From assembly GCA_963826785.1 (NCBI GenBank), contig CAWGYD010000008.1:449971-513970 (forward strand): a stretch of DNA of 64,000 nucleotides. The letters are read 5' to 3'. Positions 28,010-37,188 of the stretch are shown in pieces. Source of the DNA: an uncultured delta proteobacterium (lineage in GTDB: Bacteria; Desulfobacterota; Desulfobacteria; Desulfobacterales; Desulfosalsimonadaceae). The position numbers were made by a program, and so were the translations under genes. Every line of letters starts with the position of its first letter. The stretch's first letter is position 1. Under the pieces are notes generated by a model. The model was not told the origin of the DNA. It was given only the letters and a program-made list of their open reading frames with translations, and searched no databases.

Positions 28010-28957
28010 CTATTGCATACTGTGTTGAATTGAAACGAAATCGACACCTCCTTTCGCAATTTCTCCAACAACTGTCGGAATTCCGCTTTGCGTAAACAGA
28101 CATTGTTTGACTTTTTCCCGATCGATTGCCCCCCCCAGCCCCCGCTGTTGAATCAGCGCTTCCGCATGCGCCGCCATGTCGGGAATCCGGGCGTAAATAT
28201 CCGGATGCGCCTCCATGTAGACTAGGCCATTCTGAATACCGATCTTAACCGGCTCATAAACGATTTCCACCACCGCCCCGGGGGAGACCTCCCCGAAAAG
28301 CTGGGAAATATGTTCCGGGTACAGCCGGATGCATCCCCGGCTCACCTGACGGCCGACGCCCCACGGATTATTGGTGCCGTGAATGCCGATATGGTCTGCG
28401 GACAAACCGATCCAGTAATCCCCCAGTGGATTTTTCGGGCCCGGCGGGAACGGGGTTTTGCCGTACGCGTCCCATGCGGATGGCGGCGGGGTCCAGGTGG
28501 GATGCTCCTGGCATGATACGATCCGGGCGATGGTGGTGGGGGTTTCAAATGCCTCCCGGCCGATGCCGATGGGATATGTCTTGACCATATGGATCGATTT
28601 AAAAAACCGGTACAGCCGCATCTCTGGGATGTTGATGACCACTTCTTCATGCTGGGTCGGCGGCAGGAGCCATAAAGTGGGGACTGCCACCCGTCGGCCC
28701 ACCCCCGGGACCCATGGGTCGATATCCGGGTGGCTCAACTCGATTTCATTGTATCCCAACCCGAAATTACGGGCCACGTCCAGCAAGGTTTCCCCTTCGG
28801 CAACTTCATGAAACTGCATGAACCCGATGAGGTTGATCGATTCGGCCGGATGATGGCCATCGCCGTCAAGATGGTACGGATAAGATGTTGCCATTGCCGA
28901 GGTGTGGACAAACACCAGAACCAGAACCATCAGGACCGATTTAATGTACCTGTTCAA
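28010..28957 (-). CDS. L,D-transpeptidase (LysM + YkuD; ErfK/YcfS-like)
   Basis: GETLLDVARNFGLG, INIPEMRLY, YPIGIGR, GPKNPLG, IHGTN..SRGCIRL; start moved downstream of the sigma54 site. Confidence 0.9.
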   Translation of the reverse strand: MNRYIKSVLMVLVLVFVHTSAMATSYPYHLDGDGHHPAESINLIGFMQFHEVAEGETLLDVARNFGLGYNEIELSHPDIDPWVPGVGRRVAVPTLWLLPPTQHEEVVINIPEMRLYRFFKSIHMVKTYPIGIGREAFETPTTIARIVSCQEHPTWTPPPSAWDAYGKTPFPPGPKNPLGDYWIGLSADHIGIHGTNNPWGVGRQVSRGCIRLYPEHISQLFGEVSPGAVVEIVYEPVKIGIQNGLVYMEAHPDIYARIPDMAAHAEALIQQRGLGGAIDREKVKQCLFTQSGIPTVVGEIAKGGVDFVSIQHSMQ

Positions 28958-29051
28958 TGTTTCGCATATCCTTTTTCTGCCTGTTAAGTGATAAATGTGC
29001 GGGAGTATGCCTCCGGCACATCCATCCCCCAAAATTTTCTGAAAAAATAAT

Positions 29052-29068
29052 TGCAAATTAAATGCCAA
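29052..29068 (-). promoter_or_regulatory. Sigma54 -24/-12 promoter
   Basis: TTGGCATTTAATTTGCA on the minus strand, exact GG-N10-GC. Confidence 0.7.
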
Positions 29069-29427
29069 TGTTTCTCCAAAACCGCGATAGCCGTTTTATG
29101 TCTTCATCCTTATCATCAAGTTTAGACATTTTCCCAGTTTTTGCCAAATGATATCATGATATTGAAATATGTGATCCGATTTTTTACAAATCGCGCCGCC
29201 CCAGCGTATTTAACCGGTCCTGTTTCTGCCGGCCTTGACATTTCAGGGCTGTTTTACTAATTTTCTATCCCTTGATCAAAAATCTTTTCGCGATCCTTCT
29301 GCAAAAGAAAAAGGATGCGCCGCCCGTTTCGAGAATCAACGGTTCGGATCGGCCATGGCACTGCTGCGAAAGACGTTGTCCTTAGCATGAATTAAAACTT
29401 TCAACAAATCAACCGATACGCTTTGAT

Positions 29428-31383
29428 ATGCAGAATGAATGGATACCCCGGCATGCCCAAAAGACGCTCGAAATTCTGATTCCCAGAATTCGGCCACCGG
29501 CCGGAGCGGATGGGGACGATAAAAACTGGGACATATTTGAAAAACGGCTTCGCCGACAATGGCCCCACCTGTTTCAGTTGCTGGTGCGGCTCTATGGCTG
29601 GCAGTATGATTTTTTTTACCACCTGGAGCAGCTGCTGGCCGCTGCGGCAAAAAGCTGGAAAGAACGCCCGGCACATTTAAAGGCCCTCGATGAACGGCGT
29701 GAAACCGATGTTCAGTGGTTTCAGTCGGAAGAGATGGTGGGAGGCGTCCTGTATGTCGACCTGTTCAGCGACCGGCTGGCAGGCCTGCACGACCACATCC
29801 CCTATTTCAAGAAACTGGGGTTGACCTACCTTCACCTCATGCCGCTTTTTGCCGTACCCCATGGGAACAATGACGGCGGATACGCCGTCAGCGATTACCG
29901 GGCCATCAACCCGGACATCGGCACCATGGAGGAACTGACCGCCCTCGCCCGGATCCTGCACGACGAGGGGATCAGCCTGGTGCTCGATTTCGTGATGAAC
30001 CACACCGCCGACAATCATCGCTGGGCCCAGATGGCCGCCGAAGGAGATCCCGATTATCAGGAATTTTATTTTCTTTTTGACGACCGCACCCTGCCCGACC
30101 AGTACCAGGCCCATTTACGAGACATTTTTCCCGATGTCCGCAGGGGAAGCTTTACCTGGGTTGCCGATATCAAAAAATGGGTCTGGACGACCTTCAACAG
30201 TTTTCAGTGGGATCTGAACTACGCCAACCCGGCCGTGTTCAGATCCATGGCAGCCGAAATGCTTTACCTGGCCAATGTGGGGGTGGATGTGCTGCGGCTG
30301 GATGCCGTGGCCTTCATCTGGAAACGGATGGGAACCGATTGCGAAAACCAGCCGGAAGCGCACCTGATCATCCAGGCGTTCAACGCAATCGCCCGCATCG
30401 CCGCACCCGCCCTGCTGTTTAAATCCGAAGCCATCGTGCATCCGGACGAGGTGATCCGGTATATTGATCCCGGCGAATGCCAACTATCCTATAATCCCAT
30501 GCTCATGGCGCTGTTGTGGGAAGCTTTGGCCACCCGGGAAGTGAAACTGCTGAGCCGCGCCATGAAAAAAAGGATCCGCATCCACCCGCAATGCGCCTGG
30601 GTGAACTATCTGCGCTGTCATGACGATATCGGGTGGACTTTTGACGATCAGGACGCATGGGAGGTGGGGATCAATCCGAATCACCACCGCAAATTTCTAA
30701 ACAATTTCTACACGAATAATTTTCCGGGATCCTTTGCCCACGGCATGCCTTTTCAGTACAACCCGGAAACCGGGGATCTCCGGATCTCCGGCACACTGGC
30801 CTCCCTTGCAGGCCTGGAGCACGCACTCGAGATCGAAAACCCGGAATTGATCGAAGCCGCGGTTCACCGGATCAACCTGCTGCGCAGCATCATGTTGAGC
30901 GTGGGAGGCATTCCCCTGATTTATCTGGGGGATGAATGGGGGATGTTAAACGACTACACCTTTTTGTCCGATCCGGCCAAGGCCACGGACAGCCGGTGGG
31001 TCCACCGATCCCGGAAACGGTGGGAGGCAAAAGAGGATCGCACCGATGGCGAGGTTCTGGAGTGGCGGTTCTTCAACGAACTGGTCCGGTTGATCCGCCT
31101 GCGCAAACAGCTTCCGGCAATGCGAAACGGAAGCATGGAAGTCATCGATACCGAAAATCCGCATCTCTTCGGTTACATGAGAGAATTCGGGGACCAGCGG
31201 CTGCTGATCATCAACAACTTTTCGGAATTTTCTCAATCCATGCCCCAGCCCCAGCTAAATAAAATCGCATCCACCAGACAATTTCACGACCGGATCACCG
31301 ACAACACCATCGCAAACGGCAATGGACTCGACCTGGGTCCCTACCAGTTCGTCTGGCTGGAATGCATCGACAGCGGGGGCTGA
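29428..31383 (+). CDS. GH13 amylosucrase/sucrose hydrolase-like enzyme
   Basis: DGGYAVSDY, DFVMNHT, LRLDAVAFIWK, FKSEAIVHP, YLRCHDDIGW, RISGTLASLAG. Confidence 0.88.
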   Translation: MQNEWIPRHAQKTLEILIPRIRPPAGADGDDKNWDIFEKRLRRQWPHLFQLLVRLYGWQYDFFYHLEQLLAAAAKSWKERPAHLKALDERRETDVQWFQSEEMVGGVLYVDLFSDRLAGLHDHIPYFKKLGLTYLHLMPLFAVPHGNNDGGYAVSDYRAINPDIGTMEELTALARILHDEGISLVLDFVMNHTADNHRWAQMAAEGDPDYQEFYFLFDDRTLPDQYQAHLRDIFPDVRRGSFTWVADIKKWVWTTFNSFQWDLNYANPAVFRSMAAEMLYLANVGVDVLRLDAVAFIWKRMGTDCENQPEAHLIIQAFNAIARIAAPALLFKSEAIVHPDEVIRYIDPGECQLSYNPMLMALLWEALATREVKLLSRAMKKRIRIHPQCAWVNYLRCHDDIGWTFDDQDAWEVGINPNHHRKFLNNFYTNNFPGSFAHGMPFQYNPETGDLRISGTLASLAGLEHALEIENPELIEAAVHRINLLRSIMLSVGGIPLIYLGDEWGMLNDYTFLSDPAKATDSRWVHRSRKRWEAKEDRTDGEVLEWRFFNELVRLIRLRKQLPAMRNGSMEVIDTENPHLFGYMREFGDQRLLIINNFSEFSQSMPQPQLNKIASTRQFHDRITDNTIANGNGLDLGPYQFVWLECIDSGG

Positions 31384-31518
31384 ACAGGGGCGCCTCAGCA
31401 GAAATGCCTTGCAAATATCGGCCGCATGAATGAATATTTCTGGAGGTTTTTAGATCCGCGGGGTTAAGCCGCGCGGGTTTTGCAAATTCATAAAACTGCA
31501 AAATTACGGGAGGAAAGC

Positions 31519-31980
31519 ATGGCCAAGGTGAAACGGATCCTGTTTGCGATCGAGCTGTCCGAACTGTCTGAGGAAATCTACCAGTGGGCCAATCTGATGG
31601 GGCAACAGTTCAATGCTGAACTGCACATCGTCCATGTTCTGCCGGATTTAAACGAATGGGCGCTGCCGTATACCGTTCACCCGAACCTGGTGGAAGAACA
31701 GAACCGGATGATAAGAAATGCCGAAAAGAAGTTAGACGAATACTGCAGCCGCAATATCAACAGTGAGATTCCCTACAAACGCCAGGTCCTTGTCGGCAAG
31801 CCGGCCGAGCAGGTGGTCAATTACATCCAATCCGAGCATATTTCACTGGTGATTATCGGAACCCACGGCCGCAGCGGCATGGACCGGTCACTGTTCGGAT
31901 CGGTGGCGGATCGGGTGCTCCGGTTTTCCCCCGTCCCGGTGCTGACCATCAATCCCCATCCCATGAAAATCGACGCATAG
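31519..31980 (+). CDS. Universal stress protein
   Basis: KRILFAI, LHIVHV, IIGTHGRSG..LFGSVADRVLRFSPVPVL. Confidence 0.92.
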   Translation: MAKVKRILFAIELSELSEEIYQWANLMGQQFNAELHIVHVLPDLNEWALPYTVHPNLVEEQNRMIRNAEKKLDEYCSRNINSEIPYKRQVLVGKPAEQVVNYIQSEHISLVIIGTHGRSGMDRSLFGSVADRVLRFSPVPVLTINPHPMKIDA

Positions 31981-32058
31981 CGTCGGGCTCCGCTACCGGA
32001 GGCATTTGGATTTCAAAAAAAATTTGATGCTGCAAAATGTCGCACCGCGGGTCGGCAT

Positions 32059-33168
32059 TCAAGAAATTTCTTTTAACCGGGCTGCTTCCGCCAGCAGCAG
32101 GTTGAGATAGATCTCGGCGGCCCGGCAGACCTGGTCAAATGCCACCGATTCATCTGCCGCATGCGCATTATCGAGCTTGCCCGGCCCCAGGACCACCGGC
32201 TTGACGCCATAAGACCACAGCTGGTTGGCATCCGAGTGGCTTCGAAAGTCCGCCGGCTCCCATGGGGCGGCGAGCCCGTCATACACGGTTTTTAAGGATT
32301 CCACCAAGGACCCTTTTTCCGGGAGCCGGTAGCCGGCATCGATGTTCTGGATCTGAAACAGCCGCTGAATGTCTGCGGCCGCACCTTCCGCCGCCATGCA
32401 CACTTCTTCAAGCTCGGTCACGATTTCACCGATGTGGGCATCCGGCGGCACGTGGATGTCCAGCCAGGCTTCGCCCCGATCCGGCACCGCAAATCCCGAT
32501 CGGCTGCTGTAAAGATCCCTGAAATTGTAAACCAGTTCCGGATAGCGGCTGCGCAGAAAATGGGTCAGCCTCAGCATCATGTGCAGCAGGGTTTCTATCG
32601 CCGTCTGCCCGCTTCCCGCCATGGACGCGTGAAGCCGCTTGCCCGTGCCGGCAATCTGGATTTCGACATACCCGTAGCAGCTCAGGCAGGGTTTCAAGTC
32701 CGTGGGCTCTCCGATGAGGGCCCACGGAAAATGGTAGTCGTCAATCAGCTTTTCCGCGCCGTCTCCGTTTTCCTCCTCCCCCACCACCAGGAACAACCCC
32801 GCCGGCGGCATCTGCCCGCGCAGCTGCCGGTAAGCCAGAAACGCCTCGATCATGGCGGCGCACCCTGCCTTCATATCGGCGGCGCCCAGGCCGTGAATGG
32901 TTCCGTTTTCTTCCGCAAACCCGAATTCGTCCAGATCATAGGCCGGCACCGTGTCGATATGCCCGATAAACGCCAGCGGAATTTCCATATCAGGGGGGAT
33001 CAGGGCCAGGTTGTAGCGGGTTTCATCCACGGGCTGCGTTATGGCGGCCATGCCGCAACTGTGGAGATATCCCTTTATATACGCCAGGATATCCGCTTCC
33101 TTGCCCGATGGACTGTAGATATCGAGCATCCGGTGAAGGAGTGATTTGAGGCGGAGGGGATCGATCAT
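32059..33168 (-). CDS. M20 metallo-hydrolase (ArgE/DapE-like)
   Basis: GHIDTV, GAADMKAG, GEEE, IGEPT, AHAADE. Confidence 0.88.
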   Translation of the reverse strand: MIDPLRLKSLLHRMLDIYSPSGKEADILAYIKGYLHSCGMAAITQPVDETRYNLALIPPDMEIPLAFIGHIDTVPAYDLDEFGFAEENGTIHGLGAADMKAGCAAMIEAFLAYRQLRGQMPPAGLFLVVGEEENGDGAEKLIDDYHFPWALIGEPTDLKPCLSCYGYVEIQIAGTGKRLHASMAGSGQTAIETLLHMMLRLTHFLRSRYPELVYNFRDLYSSRSGFAVPDRGEAWLDIHVPPDAHIGEIVTELEEVCMAAEGAAADIQRLFQIQNIDAGYRLPEKGSLVESLKTVYDGLAAPWEPADFRSHSDANQLWSYGVKPVVLGPGKLDNAHAADESVAFDQVCRAAEIYLNLLLAEAARLKEIS

Positions 33169-33175
33169 GCGTGCC

Positions 33176-33745
33176 TCATGAATGGGACCCGTTTTTATGG
33201 CCGTTTTTCCGTTTAAGTTTCTGACGCTCCTGATCCAGATTCATGGTCAGGTAAATGTGCGCTTCGGGATTGGAAAACCCCTGCTCGTTGAAAAATTCGA
33301 TGGCGGGATGATTTTCCGCATCCATATCCACAACCATGATCCGCACGCCGTCATGGAGCATCACGGCCTTGAACTTCTGGAACAGCCGTTCGGCCACGCC
33401 CAGTCGCTGAAAATCCCGCGTCACCCCCAGCCAGATCAGGTGTCCGTATTTCCAGGCGCTCCGGGTTTTTGTGATGGTCGTACCCAGTGCGAAACCGACA
33501 ATGGTGTTTTCATGTTCGGCCACCAGGCAGTATTCGGTATCGCTGTAAAACAGATCGCACACCTCGTATTCATCCCAGGTGCGGTATGTGTTGGGCGCTT
33601 TTCGGGCCAGAAATAGCGCCTCGCCCAGATGAAAGATGTCGGCGAGATCGTCAATGGTGGCTTCACGGATTTTCACCGCCTGCCGCAGTGCTTTCAGATC
33701 CGATTCCTCGGAGTTCATGTTTTCGTCTTTCTTCAATAATCCCAT
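33176..33745 (-). CDS. GNAT acetyltransferase
   Basis: IREATIDD, LGVTRDFQRLGVA, NHPAIEFFNEQGF. Confidence 0.88.
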   Translation of the reverse strand: MGLLKKDENMNSEESDLKALRQAVKIREATIDDLADIFHLGEALFLARKAPNTYRTWDEYEVCDLFYSDTEYCLVAEHENTIVGFALGTTITKTRSAWKYGHLIWLGVTRDFQRLGVAERLFQKFKAVMLHDGVRIMVVDMDAENHPAIEFFNEQGFSNPEAHIYLTMNLDQERQKLKRKNGHKNGSHS

Positions 33746-33790
33746 GTGTTAAAAGTATGCTCCTTTTCAATATATAAACCTGCCTTTTCC

Positions 33791-34903
33791 CTACGCCGAT
33801 CCGGGCTGACTTTCAATATGAATCGTGCGGGTGGGGAAGGCAAAGCGGATGTCTTCTTTTTCAAATTTTTCGATGATGGACAGGTTGATTTTTTCCTGAG
33901 TATCCATGTAATCCGTATAATCCGGGCTCAGGACATAATAGACGCATTCGTAATTGAGCGAGAAATCCCCGAAGCCCTTGAAATGCGACCGGTCAAAGCG
34001 GGTCAGGCTGGCCTCTTCGATAATCTGTTTCACCATGGGGGAGATCTGTTTCAATTTTTCGGCCGGCGTGTCATAGGTAACGCCGAAGGTAAATACCACG
34101 CGCCGTTCCCAGAAAAACTTGTAATTACGGATCCGGCTTTTGAGCAGGTCGTTGTTGCCGAAAACCAGCAGTTCGCCGGACAGGCTGCGGATCCGGGTGG
34201 TTTTGATCCCGATTCGCTCGACTGTCCCCATGTAATCATCCACGATGATGAAGTGCCCCACTTCAAATGGCCGGTCCAGCAGGATGGAAAGCGACGCAAA
34301 CAGGTCACCCAGAATGTTCTGCGTGGCCAGACCGATGGCGACGCCGCCGATGCCCAGACTGGCCACCAGAGCGGTCACGTCAAAACCGATGTTGTCCAAT
34401 ACCCACAGAAGAATAAAGGACCAGAGGACCACCCGGGCGATAACGATAATGATGGACACGCCCGAATTGGCGGATGGGTCTTTTATTCGCCGGCCGGCAT
34501 ACTCCTTGATGCCGTCACGGACAAAAAAGCTTCCCCATATGCCGATCTGGAGAATCACCGCCACAAAGGCGGCGCTCTGGATAATATGATTCGTTTTTTT
34601 TGATAATTCAAGGAATTCGCATGAAAAATAAACGGCCACAGCAAATAAAATGAGCGACTTGGTCCGCCTGAAAATTTCAGAAAACCAGGTTTTAACCATC
34701 CCGGGTTCGGCCTCGCCGGCGGCCTCAAGCCTTTTGACCAGAATTTTCTTGAACAGAATGAAAAGAAAAGTCAGCACCAGCACGGACAGGCCGGCCAACA
34801 TCCAGTCAAATACGGTATTGTGATAAAATTTTAATGCAAACAGGCCTTTTTCGAAATCGTCCGACAGGATCTTGCCGATAATGGCGAGGTCAGGCATTGG
34901 CAT
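33791..34903 (-). CDS. MscS-family mechanosensitive channel
   Basis: LVASLGIGGVAIGLATQNILGDLFAS, DRPFEVG, GTVERIGIKTTRIR, FAFPTRT. Confidence 0.93.
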   Translation of the reverse strand: MPMPDLAIIGKILSDDFEKGLFALKFYHNTVFDWMLAGLSVLVLTFLFILFKKILVKRLEAAGEAEPGMVKTWFSEIFRRTKSLILFAVAVYFSCEFLELSKKTNHIIQSAAFVAVILQIGIWGSFFVRDGIKEYAGRRIKDPSANSGVSIIIVIARVVLWSFILLWVLDNIGFDVTALVASLGIGGVAIGLATQNILGDLFASLSILLDRPFEVGHFIIVDDYMGTVERIGIKTTRIRSLSGELLVFGNNDLLKSRIRNYKFFWERRVVFTFGVTYDTPAEKLKQISPMVKQIIEEASLTRFDRSHFKGFGDFSLNYECVYYVLSPDYTDYMDTQEKINLSIIEKFEKEDIRFAFPTRTIHIESQPGSA

Positions 34904-35305
34904 AAAAAAGATCGCTTTCTTCTTTCTCCTGATGGATTTTCGGCTGCAATATCAGCCGATACTGGGCAAAAGGCCCAACATCAATAAAAGGTTAATGAGC
35001 GGGCTATGGCCATCGGGTCTTGATACGGATACGGCATGTGACCGGGGAATGCATCGATTTCGGGGTGCTCATTGGGCTTCCTGAAGAAAAAAAACAGCAA
35101 ATTGTTTTGAATAATAATCCTTTAATATCAGATTGCAACCTCCTGTGCAAGTCCCTGATCCCCCTGCACCGACAATCACCGGCATCAAATTTGCCGGAAA
35201 GATCGCATAAGATAGGTTTGCCATTTTACGCCAAGCAGTCTAATATGGTCTTTTACTTTATCCTTGAAATATCAGAACATGCCCAAATGCTCAGGATGGA
35301 TACCC

Positions 35306-35659
35306 ATGCATGAACTTTCGGTAACTGAAAAAATACTCGATATCGTCGTGTCTCACGCCCAAAAGCACCACGTGAAAAAGGTGGTTTCCATTACGCTGAA
35401 AATCGGCGAATTGAGCGATCTGGAAAATGAATGGATGCAGCATTATTTTGACTACCTGAGCAAGGATACGGTGGCTGCCGGGGCCATTCTCAAAATCGAA
35501 CGGGTGCCCATCGTCCTCAAGTGCAATAAATGCGGGCAGCTAACAGAAATTGCCAAGGATCAGCTGGGGCAGGTTTCCTGCTCCGGGTGCTACGAGCAGG
35601 CCAATTTTTCCATCGAATCCGGCAGGGAATATTACATCAAGGAAATGGAGGCGCAATAA
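35306..35659 (+). CDS. hypA: Nickel metallochaperone HypA
   Basis: MHELSV start, CNKC/CSGC, SGREYYIKEME. Confidence 0.93.
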   Translation: MHELSVTEKILDIVVSHAQKHHVKKVVSITLKIGELSDLENEWMQHYFDYLSKDTVAAGAILKIERVPIVLKCNKCGQLTEIAKDQLGQVSCSGCYEQANFSIESGREYYIKEMEAQ

Positions 35660-36331
35660 ATGGAGAAAATCCGACTGATCGAAGTCAAAGAAGAAATCCT
35701 TTCCGACAATGATGCCGCGGCAAATGACTTGCGCCGGGCGCTCAAAGCGGAGCACACCTTCATGATCAACCTCATGGCCTCCCCCGGCGCCGGCAAAACC
35801 AGCCTGCTGCTTCAAACCATCGCCGCCCTTAAATCCGATTTCCGCATGGGGGTGATCGAGGCGGATATCGATTCAGTCGTCGATTCCGAAAAGATCGCAC
35901 AGACGAAAATCCCCTGCGTCCAGCTGAAAACCGGGGGATTCTGCCACCTGGATTCCGCCATGGTGAAAAAAGGGCTGGATGCCTTAGACACCGTCAACAT
36001 GGACCTGGTGTTCATCGAAAATGTGGGAAACCTGGTCTGCCCGGCCGAGTTTGACACCGGCGCCACCCGGGACGTGATGATCTTAAGCGTACCGGAAGGC
36101 GATGACAAGCCTCTCAAATACCCCCTGATGTTTTCCAAATGTCATGCGCTGCTGGTGAACAAAATCGATTTTCTATCCCTCTCCGACTTCGATTTGAATG
36201 CCATGCGGCAGCGGGTGACCCGGCTGAATCCCGGCATCGAAATATTTGAAGTTTCATGTAAAACCGGTCAGGGCATCGAGGCCTGGACGCAATGGCTGAA
36301 GCAGAACGTGTCGGATTATCTGGCATCCTGA
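35660..36331 (+). CDS. hypB: Nickel-insertion GTPase HypB
   Basis: SPGAGKT, CHLD, ENVGNLVCPAEFD, EGDDKPLKYP, NKID. Confidence 0.95.
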   Translation: MEKIRLIEVKEEILSDNDAAANDLRRALKAEHTFMINLMASPGAGKTSLLLQTIAALKSDFRMGVIEADIDSVVDSEKIAQTKIPCVQLKTGGFCHLDSAMVKKGLDALDTVNMDLVFIENVGNLVCPAEFDTGATRDVMILSVPEGDDKPLKYPLMFSKCHALLVNKIDFLSLSDFDLNAMRQRVTRLNPGIEIFEVSCKTGQGIEAWTQWLKQNVSDYLAS

Positions 36332-36483
36332 AAGCGCATGCGACCGCAGGCAGCCGCTGCAGACAAATAAATTACTTGACAAAAGGCCCGTATTTCTTTT
36401 TAATGCTTGGTAATAATTGTACATTTTTTAATGCATCGTTATCAACTCCCCATATTATATGAATTACGATGGTTAATGTGTAG

Positions 36484-37188
36484 ATGAGCGACGATAACTG
36501 CTCTTCCGATGAAGATTTCAAGCTTCACGTTCATATCGAAGCCGATGACGCCGAAACTGCCCCTGACGAACCCGCCTTCACCTATGGTTTCCCCGAAGAA
36601 ATCGAAAAGAACGTGTTGGATAAAGCTGCCGATTCGGCCGTCCCTTCAAATCCAGGCGCACCGGATGCGAATTTCCTGATTCAGATCAGCAGGGAACTCG
36701 AGCGTCTATCCTCGGCTTTTGAAAGCAAATTCAAGTATGACGCCGCCAGGGAAAAAATCATTGACGGGCTGCATCAGGAACTTCAGCAGTACCGGGAAGG
36801 GCTTCTGAAAAAGTACCTGCACCGGATCATCATCGATGTGATCAAGATTGTGGATGATATCCGGAAATATTCCGATCATCATAAAAGCCAGCCGCCCCTG
36901 CCGGAAAACGCGGACAAGATCCTGTCGTTCATGGACAATATTGCAGACGACCTCGAAGAACTGTTCGCCTGGGAAGGATTGACGCCTTTTTCCGGTGAAG
37001 GCGATGGTTTTGATTCCGGCCGCCAGCGGATCGTCAATAAAATCGAAACCGGCGACCCCGATCTGGATAAGAAAATCGCAAGGCATGTCCGACCCGGTTA
37101 CGAATGGGAAGGCAAGGTGATCCGGCCCGAACTGGTTTCGGTTTATATCTTCAACCCGGATAATGTTGAAAAAGATAAGGATGCCTGA
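36484..37188 (+). CDS. GrpE-like nucleotide exchange factor (divergent)
   Basis: Acidic N-terminus, coiled coil, GDGFD..Q, VRPGYEWEGKVIRPELVSV. Confidence 0.75.
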   Translation: MSDDNCSSDEDFKLHVHIEADDAETAPDEPAFTYGFPEEIEKNVLDKAADSAVPSNPGAPDANFLIQISRELERLSSAFESKFKYDAAREKIIDGLHQELQQYREGLLKKYLHRIIIDVIKIVDDIRKYSDHHKSQPPLPENADKILSFMDNIADDLEELFAWEGLTPFSGEGDGFDSGRQRIVNKIETGDPDLDKKIARHVRPGYEWEGKVIRPELVSVYIFNPDNVEKDKDA

